NCBI GenBank assembly: GCA_027311865.1
Contig: DAICYC010000001.1
Location: forward strand, 33,880-97,879
Origin: Candidatus Saccharimonadota bacterium
Lineage (GTDB): Bacteria; Patescibacteriota; Saccharimonadia; Saccharimonadales; Saccharimonadaceae
Direction of reading: 5' to 3'
Length of the DNA: 64,000 nt
Shown: in pieces, positions 54,245-62,917 of the stretch
Layout of the letters: the number at the start of each line of letters is the position of its first letter
Numbering within the stretch: position 1 is the stretch's first letter
Position numbers and translations under genes: made by a program
The notes under the pieces: generated by a model
Seen by the model: the letters and a program-made list of their open reading frames with translations, nothing else
Databases searched by the model: none
Told to the model about the DNA's origin: nothing

Positions 54245-55052
54245 CAATACTGCCCTCTGGTAGTGTACGACGGCTGCCACTGGTTGTTAGTGGATGCAGA
54301 GTAGCCGTGAACTGATAACTGCTTGAATCAGGAAAAGTCGCCAGCCTCGACACCATAAGTGTATTGCCCTCGACGACATAGGTCACATCAGGCGGAAAGG
54401 ATACAACTCCCTCGTTAACCGACCAACCTATACTCAGCTCCCAGAATGACAGGCTAGCCCCAGTATCATTTGAAACAGTAAAAGTAACTGGCCAAACCCA
54501 ATTTCTGCCCGACTTTGATCGAGCACCCATTGAGTGTGTTGTTGATAGACCAGGTATGGTAGTCAGGGGATTATTTTGAATGCCCGAGATCGATATGTGA
54601 TCAAAAAGTGGACGATCGGTCGACGAGTTTCTTATCGTCATATTGTAAACATAAGAATTACCCGGTTGAATAAAACGATTTATGGCGTTGTTTCTAATAT
54701 ATAACTGCGACAGCTGTTGATCGTACGTACACAACAGAGACGGATCACAAGCGATACCATTAAAATTCACACCGTATAATTCAATTTCGATCGATTCGAC
54801 AGGCACCGGACCATTATTGACAATCGTCAGAGCGATTGGGAAGTCCGTGAAAATAGAAACTTGAACTGGCTCACCAATCTCATATGTCATCGTCATACCA
54901 TGCTGGATATTGTAGCCAGGCTTAACGGTGCGAGTTACTATATTCAAGCTCTGGGTTTGGGCAGCATAAACCGCTCCTACAATCAGAAGCGGTAAAGCTA
55001 ATAAAACTATTTTATGTACCCAGCGTGGACGGCGATAATGACGTCGAGCCAT
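54135..55052 (-). CDS. Secreted two-domain beta-sandwich protein (CBM2-like), probable frameshift near the 3' end
   Basis: AVYAA signal; LTIVNNGP and FTVSNDTG..W.L Ig/CBM-like strands; alternative frame stops at 54244 overlapping the next ATG. Confidence 0.6.
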   Translation of the reverse strand: MARRHYRRPRWVHKIVLLALPLLIVGAVYAAQTQSLNIVTRTVKPGYNIQHGMTMTYEIGEPVQVSIFTDFPIALTIVNNGPVPVESIEIELYGVNFNGIACDPSLLCTYDQQLSQLYIRNNAINRFIQPGNSYVYNMTIRNSSTDRPLFDHISISGIQNNPLTTIPGLSTTHSMGARSKSGRNWVWPVTFTVSNDTGASLSFWELSIGWSVNEGVVSFPPDVTYVVEGNTLMVSRLATFPDSSSYQFTATLHPLTTSGSRRTLPEGSIDDPSATCLDRLASLDTNGFGALSVNLESDTPINTSG

Positions 55053-55076
55053 GGCTTGCCCACCCGCTCTCGAGGA

Positions 55077-55583
55077 CTAAGGGGTGTCCTGAATGTAGTT
55101 AAGCGAAATTGTGGCTGTCTTGGTCTCACCCGGGTTAACTGGTCCCGAACCGGCGTCCCACGTTACTGTTACGGTAGCCGTGTTGGTTCCGGTTGTGGCT
55201 GGTAGAGTTGTGACACCTTCGGTGACGCCACTCAGGCTGTACGTAATATAGGCTGGTGCGGCCGCGTTAGCTTCTGTTACGCCAGTGATGGTGTCGAGGA
55301 CTGCATCAATCGTACCGGTGTTTGCGACGGCGATTTCGTAAGTGGCAGTTGCACCTGGGTACGCCAAGTTGACGTCAAACGTAGCGGAAGTATCAGTATA
55401 AGTCGGTGCCGTAGCATCGGTTGCGCCCGACGCCGATGTTTGAGTAATACCAGTGATAGCCACGTCCCAACTACCGTTCGTAGTACCAGTACCAGTGATG
55501 GTTAACAATTGCGACAAGGCGGCGTAAGCGACTGAGGCAATCACCGCTACGACCAGTGCTGCGATTAAAATTTTGTTTCTCAT
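55077..55583 (-). CDS. TasA/CalY-like SipW-processed fibre subunit
   Basis: Signal ending AYA-ALSQLLTITG, then LAYPG...IAVANTGTIDA, final LNYIQ strand; AAGGA SD. Confidence 0.7.
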   Translation of the reverse strand: MRNKILIAALVVAVIASVAYAALSQLLTITGTGTTNGSWDVAITGITQTSASGATDATAPTYTDTSATFDVNLAYPGATATYEIAVANTGTIDAVLDTITGVTEANAAAPAYITYSLSGVTEGVTTLPATTGTNTATVTVTWDAGSGPVNPGETKTATISLNYIQDTP

Positions 55584-55785
55584 GAGATTTTATTCCTTTT
55601 ACCCTTGGTGTAAATATGTTCGAATGATACACTAATTTATTCATTAGCGCAATTGACTACCTCTATGGCTGTGAGCTATCTCACAATCTGAAAAAGAACT
55701 GTGTTATTACAGTAGTATAACCTTTTGGATAACTGACAAATAGGTTATGTTATAACACTTATCCCAACCAGAGGAAGGAGTTGAG

Positions 55786-56499
55786 ATGAACGATTACGAT
55801 GTGCGACCTGCACTCGAGAACATGTTCAATCAGGTGATTGAGTTCCTGCCACAGCTTCTGGCAGCAATTGCCATACTTGTCATTGGTTATTTAATATCAG
55901 CCGGTATCGCCCGACTAATTCGGCGCGGCCTAAAGAAAGTTCGCTTCGATCGAGCGCTACACAGCTCTCCGGCCGGAGGCGTTATCTCGCACCTAGTCGA
56001 GAGCCCAACCCAGTTTGCCGGTAAGCTGTCGTTCTGGCTAATCTTCTTTGCTTTCATATCGATGGCCGTAGCAGTCCTCGATATTGAGCTATTAAACGAG
56101 CTGTTGGCAGCCGTTTACGCCTACGTTCCTAATATAATCGCGGCGATTGTTATCTTCCTGATAGCAAGTGCTGTTGCGACAGCTGTCCCACGGATGGTTC
56201 AGCGAGCCATGGGCCGAACCGCCATGGCCAAGACCGTCTCGACGGCCGTACCAATAATTATCATGAGCTTAGCTGGCTTTATGATTCTCAACCAGCTTGG
56301 TGTCGCTCGTGATATCGTCAATATCTTATTCACAGCTATCGTCGGTGCCACCGCCTTGGGTATGGCCCTGGCCTTTGGTCTCGGTGGTCGCGATGCGGCA
56401 AAGCGAGCTCTCGACCAAGCCGTCGATTCAGCCCGCGCTAACTCCGGCAAGCTCAGTCCTGACATCCGCACGCCAAAGCGCTCCAAGACCGACTTATAG
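55786..56499 (+). CDS. CmpX-like TM-helix repeat protein (MscS-associated family)
   Basis: FLPQLLAAIAIL / YVPNIIAAIVI repeats, ALAFGLGGRD. Confidence 0.85.
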   Translation: MNDYDVRPALENMFNQVIEFLPQLLAAIAILVIGYLISAGIARLIRRGLKKVRFDRALHSSPAGGVISHLVESPTQFAGKLSFWLIFFAFISMAVAVLDIELLNELLAAVYAYVPNIIAAIVIFLIASAVATAVPRMVQRAMGRTAMAKTVSTAVPIIIMSLAGFMILNQLGVARDIVNILFTAIVGATALGMALAFGLGGRDAAKRALDQAVDSARANSGKLSPDIRTPKRSKTDL

Positions 56500-56560
56500 A
56501 TAAACCGGTCAAATAAAAATACCACCTTCGAAGCAGAGGTGGTATTTGTTTGTCTTCTAG

Positions 56561-57325
56561 CTACGGCTGAAGTGTGCCAGCAAATACCTGCCAGGCAAGC
56601 AGTGACTTGGCGACCAGACTCAAAATAATATAAACGAACTCACCGTACAGATAATCTTTCCACGGACCAACTTTCTTGTACTGTAGCATCATGTTGATAG
56701 CGAAACAGTTAAAGAATACGAAGATAGACACAAAGATCCAGTAAACGAAGTCGGGTGCCTTGCTACCTTGATCGGCCCCGAGCCACATATAGAACGCTAT
56801 CGCCACCCACGGGAGGATTCCAGCGATACAACCGACCCAGTAACTTAGCCAGTTGGTGCGTCGAGTTGTCTGATTGTGAACCTCCATAACTAGACCCATC
56901 AGGTTCATAATGGCCGTCAAGCCAAAAATCATCACCAAGCTCATCAAATCATAGATGCCGACTAGTAGTGAAATCGCCACCATCATAACGCTTGCCGAAA
57001 CTGAATATTCGATCCAACGAGCCCGGTTGATACCGTCCTTCAAACCAGCTTCATAACGTTTACGATAGTAAGTCGCCACACTGAAATGGGCGATTGACGA
57101 CAACAAGAAGAAACCGGTCACCAAGAGCGGCAACGAAACTTCAAACAGCGTGGTCGTAGCTGGTTCCAGCGACTGCGTCTGAGTGTTAAACTTCAGAAAA
57201 TTCCCGATAACCGGGAATAACGATTCTTTACTGAGAATCAAGATAGCGACGGCTTGCGCTAAATGTAAAAATCCAGCGATGATATTGTAGCGGTGAAGCT
57301 TGTTAACCGTAAGTTTTTTAGTCAT
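56561..57325 (-). CDS. Heliorhodopsin
   Basis: N..AGFLHLAQ, HF, NRARWIEYS.SAS.M, GE..YIILSLVAKSLLAWQVF (retinal Lys). Confidence 0.95.
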   Translation of the reverse strand: MTKKLTVNKLHRYNIIAGFLHLAQAVAILILSKESLFPVIGNFLKFNTQTQSLEPATTTLFEVSLPLLVTGFFLLSSIAHFSVATYYRKRYEAGLKDGINRARWIEYSVSASVMMVAISLLVGIYDLMSLVMIFGLTAIMNLMGLVMEVHNQTTRRTNWLSYWVGCIAGILPWVAIAFYMWLGADQGSKAPDFVYWIFVSIFVFFNCFAINMMLQYKKVGPWKDYLYGEFVYIILSLVAKSLLAWQVFAGTLQP

Positions 57326-57364
57326 AGTGTCATCATAACGCACGATGACAGCTTCGACCAGTCG

Positions 57365-58339
57365 CTAAATATCCCAACTCCTGCCAGCAATACCGAAATG
57401 GCCATCGCGAGCAGTGGACTGGTAGACTGGCCGTTCAAGGTCTAGGTAGTCGATAATACCCCGCGGCGACAAATCATAACCTTCAATATTGATATCCCGA
57501 CCATCGACGACGGCGACTGCCTGAACGGGCTGATCATAGCCAATTGCATAAGCCAGCGTCACCACTACCTCCTCGGCATCGAATCGTCGTAGATAATCAA
57601 TCGCGATTCGGCGGGCCATATAGGCGGCTGATCGATCGACCTTGCTTGGGTCTTTGCCGCTAAAAGCGCCCCCGCCGACCGCCACGGCCGGCCCATAATT
57701 ATCAATCGCCAGCTTCCGACCGGTCAAACCAGCGTCAGCTTCAAAGCCGCCAATTGACCAGTCGCCGGCTGGATTGATGTGAAGTGTCGGCGCCTTAGTA
57801 CAACGACCGAGCGAGATTTGATTTCTCAACCAGTCGTGGACAGCGGCTGTTAAGTCGTCCGTCGAAGCATTTTGAAAACTAGCTACCACTGAGTGAATTA
57901 GTCCGTCACTGGTCGTAATTTGAGTTTTGCCGTCGAACGGCCAACGCTGATACAAAAACCGGTTCAAATCGCGAGCCAAAACTATTTCGAGCGGCAGCAG
58001 TTCCGTCGTTTCCGAGCAGGCATAGCCAACCATTATTCCCTGATCGCCAGCGCCGCCCTGATCAACGCCTCGAGCAATTTCGGCACTTTGATGAGCTAAC
58101 CGAACGACGACTTCAACCGGACCAGCGATTTGCTTAACAATGGCACTGACGTCAACTTCGGTCTTAGCGCTAATCTCACCGGTTACAAAAACGGCTCCGT
58201 GGCCACCGGCGACATCGACCGCCACCCGCGCTGTCGGATCTTCGGATAAGTAGGCGTCCAAGATGGCATCCGATATTTGATCGCACAGCTTATCCGGGTG
58301 CTTCGGTGAAACGTATTCGGCGGTTTTAAATTTTGTCAT
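57365..58339 (-). CDS. metK: S-adenosylmethionine synthetase (compact form)
   Basis: TAEYVSPKHPDK, GAGDQG, DGKTQ, GLTGRK, GGGAFSGKDPSKVDRS. Confidence 0.95.
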   Translation of the reverse strand: MTKFKTAEYVSPKHPDKLCDQISDAILDAYLSEDPTARVAVDVAGGHGAVFVTGEISAKTEVDVSAIVKQIAGPVEVVVRLAHQSAEIARGVDQGGAGDQGIMVGYACSETTELLPLEIVLARDLNRFLYQRWPFDGKTQITTSDGLIHSVVASFQNASTDDLTAAVHDWLRNQISLGRCTKAPTLHINPAGDWSIGGFEADAGLTGRKLAIDNYGPAVAVGGGAFSGKDPSKVDRSAAYMARRIAIDYLRRFDAEEVVVTLAYAIGYDQPVQAVAVVDGRDINIEGYDLSPRGIIDYLDLERPVYQSTARDGHFGIAGRSWDI

Positions 58340-58397
58340 AAAAAATACTCCTTGTCGTATCTTTCCGCCCGATAGAAAAGATAAAGGAGTTAAAAAT

Positions 58398-58494
58398 CTT
58401 ATCTTTCCCATATGGGCTAGAAGTGGCACCGTAGTGAAAAACACTGGTTGCCGGCAGGTCGTCGAGCTAGTTCTCTCGCTGCACTCTGGATACG
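58398..58494 (-). promoter_or_regulatory. SAM-I riboswitch upstream of metK
   Basis: Minus strand ATCCAGAG...GAGA...GCTCGACGA...GGCAACC...GGTGCCA...GAAAGATAAG matches the S-box consensus. Confidence 0.88.
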
Positions 58495-58548
58495 CTTATT
58501 AATTAATGTACATTTAATAGTTTAACATTTCCGGTATATACTGACGAT

Positions 58549-59037
58549 ATGAAATTACCGCAGAAAGAATATCTTCAGAGTGCTATGTTTGGCTTTAACG
58601 ATGCCCTAGTATCAACTACCGGTGTTATCGTCGGCGTCAGCGCTGGTACTGGTAACAAAGAAGTCGTACTGTTGGCTGGTGCAGTGACGATTCTCGTCGA
58701 GGCCCTCTCGATGGGCTCAGGTCAATATCTTAGCTCCAAGTCAGCCCATCAACTCGACCGATCGGACGCCAGTCGGATTCCGTTGATAAGTGGCTTAATC
58801 ATGTTCGGCTCTTATTTCTTAGCCGGACTAGTTCCTTTACTGGCAATTATTTTCACACCAGTCGAACATGGCCGGAGTGTCGCCATCATAGCAGCACTCG
58901 CCTGCCTGCTCGTCTTAGGTTACGTCAAAGGAAAAATTGTCCAAGTTTCACCGCTGCGCAGCGCCGTGGAGGTCCTTGTCATCGGTGGCGCCGCCACGAT
59001 TATTGGTATCGTCGTTGGACAAATCTTCGCGATTTAA
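58549..59037 (+). CDS. VIT1/CCC1 family Fe/Mn transporter
   Basis: FGFNDALVS, ALSMGSGQYLS, GLVPLL. Confidence 0.9.
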   Translation: MKLPQKEYLQSAMFGFNDALVSTTGVIVGVSAGTGNKEVVLLAGAVTILVEALSMGSGQYLSSKSAHQLDRSDASRIPLISGLIMFGSYFLAGLVPLLAIIFTPVEHGRSVAIIAALACLLVLGYVKGKIVQVSPLRSAVEVLVIGGAATIIGIVVGQIFAI

Positions 59038-59534
59038 CTAGTCCACGACCAGCCGGTCGACCAAAGTCCTGTCGAACCGCTATACCCCTGCATCACAGCC
59101 GTTGTCGCATCATTCACCCACGTTTTGCCAATTGTCGTACAGGTTGCCGCCCCGCTAATACCAACCCCTTCAATCAGTCCGGTTGAGGTTTGGATATAAC
59201 CCTTACCTGATTTTGATCGCAGACCGAGAGCATAAGTCTGATTGGCTTTGTCGACACAGTAATAGACATTGTTCTGCTTGAGATCGTAGGCTTTTTTAGA
59301 AAACTTGAACTTCGGCATTTCGGCATTGTTCTCTGGATAGCGACCTAGGTCGACTTTTGCCATCTCGAGTGCTCGAGCGGCATTTGTCGCATCAGCCGCC
59401 ACAGCTGAATCATTCGACTTGGCGGTCACCCGGCTATAGGTGACGGCCGTCACTGCTGTAAGTATGGCGATTATGATAATTACAATTATTAATTCAACTA
59501 TCGTGAAACCGTTTGTAGCTTGTTTGTTTGTCAT
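59034..59534 (-). CDS. Type IV pilin-like protein
   Basis: GFTIVELIIV; similar architecture to 50415-50903. Confidence 0.9.
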   Translation of the reverse strand: MTNKQATNGFTIVELIIVIIIIAILTAVTAVTYSRVTAKSNDSAVAADATNAARALEMAKVDLGRYPENNAEMPKFKFSKKAYDLKQNNVYYCVDKANQTYALGLRSKSGKGYIQTSTGLIEGVGISGAATCTTIGKTWVNDATTAVMQGYSGSTGLWSTGWSWTS

Positions 59535-59621
59535 CGAACCCCACGGCTGAAGTTAGTATTTACGTCTTGGCTACATTGTAGCATAAGCTGATTGACGACC
59601 ATCAGGAGTCTATGACTCGGT

Positions 59622-60302
59622 CTACAAACCAGGCACGTTGACTAGTGCTGGAACATATATCTCAGTCCCTGCGCCTGATGTTCCTTGATTTAGTTGACCG
59701 TAACTGTTCTTACCCCAGCAGTAAACCTGCTTGTCAGCCAAAGCGCAAGCGTGTTGGTGACCAACACCTATCGAAGTGATTATTTTGCCGTAAAGCTGCC
59801 CTTCGACGAGCGTAGTCACCAACTCCAAGCTGAATGATAGAATTGTAGCCCCAACAATAAACCTGACCGTTAGACACAACACAGGCATGATCTCTGCCAA
59901 CTCCTACCACACAGGAAATATCGGACACCGACCTTCGGTTATCACATTCTGATCACTATCGATAAAGTAACTTGCTCCACTCGCAGCCGATTGAGCCGTC
60001 ACACAAAACTTACTACCTTCCGTGTTATAACTCAAAATTACGCCGTCGCCAGGCTTGAAACCAGTGATTGAATCGAGAGAGGCTGGATAAGCCCCCTTCT
60101 GAGCAAATTCAGCATCGGCCAGCTCAGCCGCCGTCGACAAGTCCTTCTTTAGCTTCGCCACCACAGCTCGTTCCGAAATCGAATTAGCACCTACAAAAAT
60201 GAGAGCAGCCAAGATACCGAGGATCACGATAACCGCCAATAGCTCCACGACCGTAAAGCCAGTCAATCGACGGCCTTCGGGTTGGTATGCGGCATATTTC
60301 AT
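59622..60302 (-). pseudogene. Pilin-RCC1 repeat adhesin fusion, fragmented (pilin domain 59904-60302 intact)
   Basis: GFTVVELL pilin; two HAC....VYCWG.N...QL RCC1 repeats in different frames downstream. Confidence 0.7.
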
Positions 60303-60512
60303 GATTAATTACCCCAGCGAATTTAGCTTATGCTTAGATTGTAGCACGAAAGTCAATGAAATATGATCAGGTGGGACCTCAACTCATGAATTCATTCAGC
60401 AACCGTCACACGACTATTATATCAACCCCTCCATCTTGATAAAAATCACTACTTGTGTTATAATAGTACTAGTACACAAACGTGTATCTCGTTATTTAAG
60501 AAAGTGGTGAAC

Positions 60513-60791
60513 ATGCTGGACACGGACTTCCTCCGTCAGTCAGCCGACTACGTCGACGCTGAGCGCAAGCTCTACGCCGCCCGGCTCCAGTACGACAAGG
60601 CCAGCACGAACTATCGATCGCTCTCCCTGAGCTGCGATTACTGTAGCGACAGAGAAGCCGAACGGCTCAATGAACGAGCTGAAGCCGCCCGCCACGAGTT
60701 TGCCGAGGCCCGCAAGGTCCTCGAAGCTGCTCGGGACAACCTCGAAGCAGTCCGGGAGCGTCTGCTCCAAACCGCCAATCACGCCAACTAG
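60513..60791 (+). CDS. Hypothetical helical-hairpin protein (array unit 1a)
   Basis: GGTG SD; heptad pattern; CxxC in the loop. Confidence 0.65.
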   Translation: MLDTDFLRQSADYVDAERKLYAARLQYDKASTNYRSLSLSCDYCSDREAERLNERAEAARHEFAEARKVLEAARDNLEAVRERLLQTANHAN

Positions 60792-60801
60792 GAAGGTCCA
60801 G

Positions 60802-61233
60802 ATGTCGAAAATCGATATCGCCGTTCTGCGCAAAGAGCGCACCGACGCACTCAGCGAACGGAATCGGATTCATGATTCACGCGAGGAAGCTCGCCAGGAT
60901 GTCGACCGGCTGCGTCGTCTGTGTCTCGACACCGACAACGACCATCACCGGGCACTCAACGACTGCATGAGGATCGAGGAGATCATCTACGAGATCGACG
61001 ATCCGGCGATGGAAACCGAGGCCGCCATGGCAGCCCATGACGAACTGGAAGCAGCTCAAGTGCGACTGTCTCGAATCGAGGAGCGATCCGACAACTACGT
61101 CCAGGCGCTTCGCGAAGCCGAGTCGATCGTCAGTCAGCTGGACAAAGAGTCCAGCCAGGCCTCGCGTCGTTTCGGCGACGCCGATCAGCGGGTTCGACAG
61201 GCCCGGCGCAGGCAGCGTCACCATCACAACTAA
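60802..61233 (+). CDS. Hypothetical coiled-coil protein (array unit 1b)
   Basis: GGAAGG SD; terminator after. Confidence 0.7.
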   Translation: MSKIDIAVLRKERTDALSERNRIHDSREEARQDVDRLRRLCLDTDNDHHRALNDCMRIEEIIYEIDDPAMETEAAMAAHDELEAAQVRLSRIEERSDNYVQALREAESIVSQLDKESSQASRRFGDADQRVRQARRRQRHHHN

Positions 61234-61239
61234 ATAACG

Positions 61240-61275
61240 AAACCCACCGTCTCAACCACGGTGGGTTTTTCATTT
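61240..61275 (+). terminator. Terminator AAACCCACCG...CGGTGGGTTTT
   Basis: Near-identical copy at 62036-62071. Confidence 0.8.
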
Positions 61276-61377
61276 TGCCGTAATATTTAGTGATTGCTAA
61301 AATTCACTTCTGATGATATAGTAACCTCACCGCCCATCCGAGTGCGGTTTCGTTCTTTGATAGGAAAAGGGGCAACG

Positions 61378-61683
61378 ATGTCCATTGGAATTCTCAGCAT
61401 CAAAGATGTTGAGAGGTACGACGATCTCGTCGAACGTGAAGATTCGGCCAAGGCCGAACTCAAGTCCGCCGAGCAGCACATGATGAATGTTCTCGATAAC
61501 CGCGCTTCAAGCCCAGCCGATCGCAGTGCGGCCATCGAGCGCCATGATCAGGCCATCGACAGCCTGAATCACATCACCGCCGAAATCGATCACTACTACA
61601 ACCGTGATGCGATGGAAGCCTGCAAGCGCAGCATCTGCAAACACAGTCTCGACGTCGACCTCGGCTTCGAGTGCTGCGACTAA
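61378..61683 (+). CDS. Hypothetical helical protein (array unit 2a)
   Basis: AAGGGG SD; Cys-rich C-terminus. Confidence 0.65.
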   Translation: MSIGILSIKDVERYDDLVEREDSAKAELKSAEQHMMNVLDNRASSPADRSAAIERHDQAIDSLNHITAEIDHYYNRDAMEACKRSICKHSLDVDLGFECCD

Positions 61684-61698
61684 CCCCGAGAGGATGAA

Positions 61699-62016
61699 GT
61701 GAACGTCAACAAACGAGATGCCATCAAGGCACTCAGTGCCAAACGCGACGACTGTCGCCGGCGCTCCAATACGACCAAGCGATTCGTCAACGAACTCGAA
61801 GTCGCCCGGTCGCGTCTCATCGTCCGGCGGGATGAACTCGATCGATTCGACCTCGTCAGCATCGAAGCAATCGATGCCGAAATTGAGGCCGTGACGGTTA
61901 AGATGAACAACCTGAAGCAGGAAGTTCGCGACTGCGCAGTCGAAGAAGCTCAACTCGAGCAGACAATGATTCGGCTGAAAATCGATGGTTTTCTGCCGCG
62001 TCTGGTTCGCGCCTGA
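61699..62016 (+). CDS. Hypothetical coiled-coil protein (array unit 2b)
   Basis: GAGG SD, GTG start. Confidence 0.65.
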   Translation: MNVNKRDAIKALSAKRDDCRRRSNTTKRFVNELEVARSRLIVRRDELDRFDLVSIEAIDAEIEAVTVKMNNLKQEVRDCAVEEAQLEQTMIRLKIDGFLPRLVRA

Positions 62017-62035
62017 CCCCCAGCCCTCAGAACGA

Positions 62036-62071
62036 AAAACCCACCGTCTCATCCGCGGTGGGCTTTTCATT
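62036..62071 (+). terminator. Terminator AAACCCACCG...CGGTGGGCTTTT
   Basis: Near-identical to 61240-61275. Confidence 0.8.
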
Positions 62072-62160
62072 ACCACTTAACTTGATTATTTCGTGTATCT
62101 ATTTTATAGTAGCCTTACGCACAAAACCGTGCCATCGCTCTTTCACAGTGAGGTGAAATA

Positions 62161-62580
62161 ATGGAATTGCCCACCGCCGACAATCGATTGAAGGCTGAAT
62201 TCGACCGACTCCGGTCCGAGCTCGAATTGGCTGAAGTCCAACTGGAAGAGTCCAACCGACTCGTCCAGTCCAACCAGAACGAGATGCGCCAGATCCAGGC
62301 CGACCTCGACAACGCCGACCTGGCCCGCTACGAGGCCACGACGACACTGGAAAAGCTCGAGACCCAGCAGCCAGTTGATGACGACCTGGCCCTTCGCATC
62401 AGCGAATACAAGGCATTGGTTGATGAAGCCATTCGAAACATCCAGCGCCTCGAGCTGGAACGTGGCGAAGCCGAAGTCAACCTGTCACTGGCCAACCATG
62501 GCCGCATCGAAGCTCTTCACCGGGTCAGCAGGCTCCAAACCAGCCTGCGAGCCTTTGACACTTTCCAGATCTCGGTCTGA
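62161..62580 (+). CDS. Hypothetical coiled-coil protein (array unit 3a)
   Basis: GAGGTG SD; heptads. Confidence 0.7.
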   Translation: MELPTADNRLKAEFDRLRSELELAEVQLEESNRLVQSNQNEMRQIQADLDNADLARYEATTTLEKLETQQPVDDDLALRISEYKALVDEAIRNIQRLELERGEAEVNLSLANHGRIEALHRVSRLQTSLRAFDTFQISV

Positions 62581-62585
62581 CCGAG

Positions 62586-62861
62586 ATGAATCGAGTCGAA
62601 GGCCCTGCACCGTTGACCGCCGCGGACGCCGACGAAGCCCACCAAGCTGTTCGCCATGAGCTCAACCGAGCTCTGGCCGAACAGTGTCGAATCAGGCAAC
62701 TCCTCGCCAGCAAGCAATCGATCGATCCGGTCTCCGGGCAGAACTTGCTGACCGCCAAAGCCGCAATCAATGCCGATATCCACGACATTGAAAAGCGACT
62801 GCAGCAGGCCAGTCGTGACCGTCAACTCGCTCATCAGCGAGACGAACGTACGTCACACTGA
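62586..62861 (+). CDS. Hypothetical helical protein (array unit 3b)
   Basis: 5 nt after 3a; CCCCCGCAG/CTGCGGGGG hairpin follows. Confidence 0.6.
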   Translation: MNRVEGPAPLTAADADEAHQAVRHELNRALAEQCRIRQLLASKQSIDPVSGQNLLTAKAAINADIHDIEKRLQQASRDRQLAHQRDERTSH

Positions 62862-62917
62862 GCTCACCTATCCACTACGAGCGAAGCCCCCGCAGCTAGA
62901 TACTGCGGGGGATTTCA

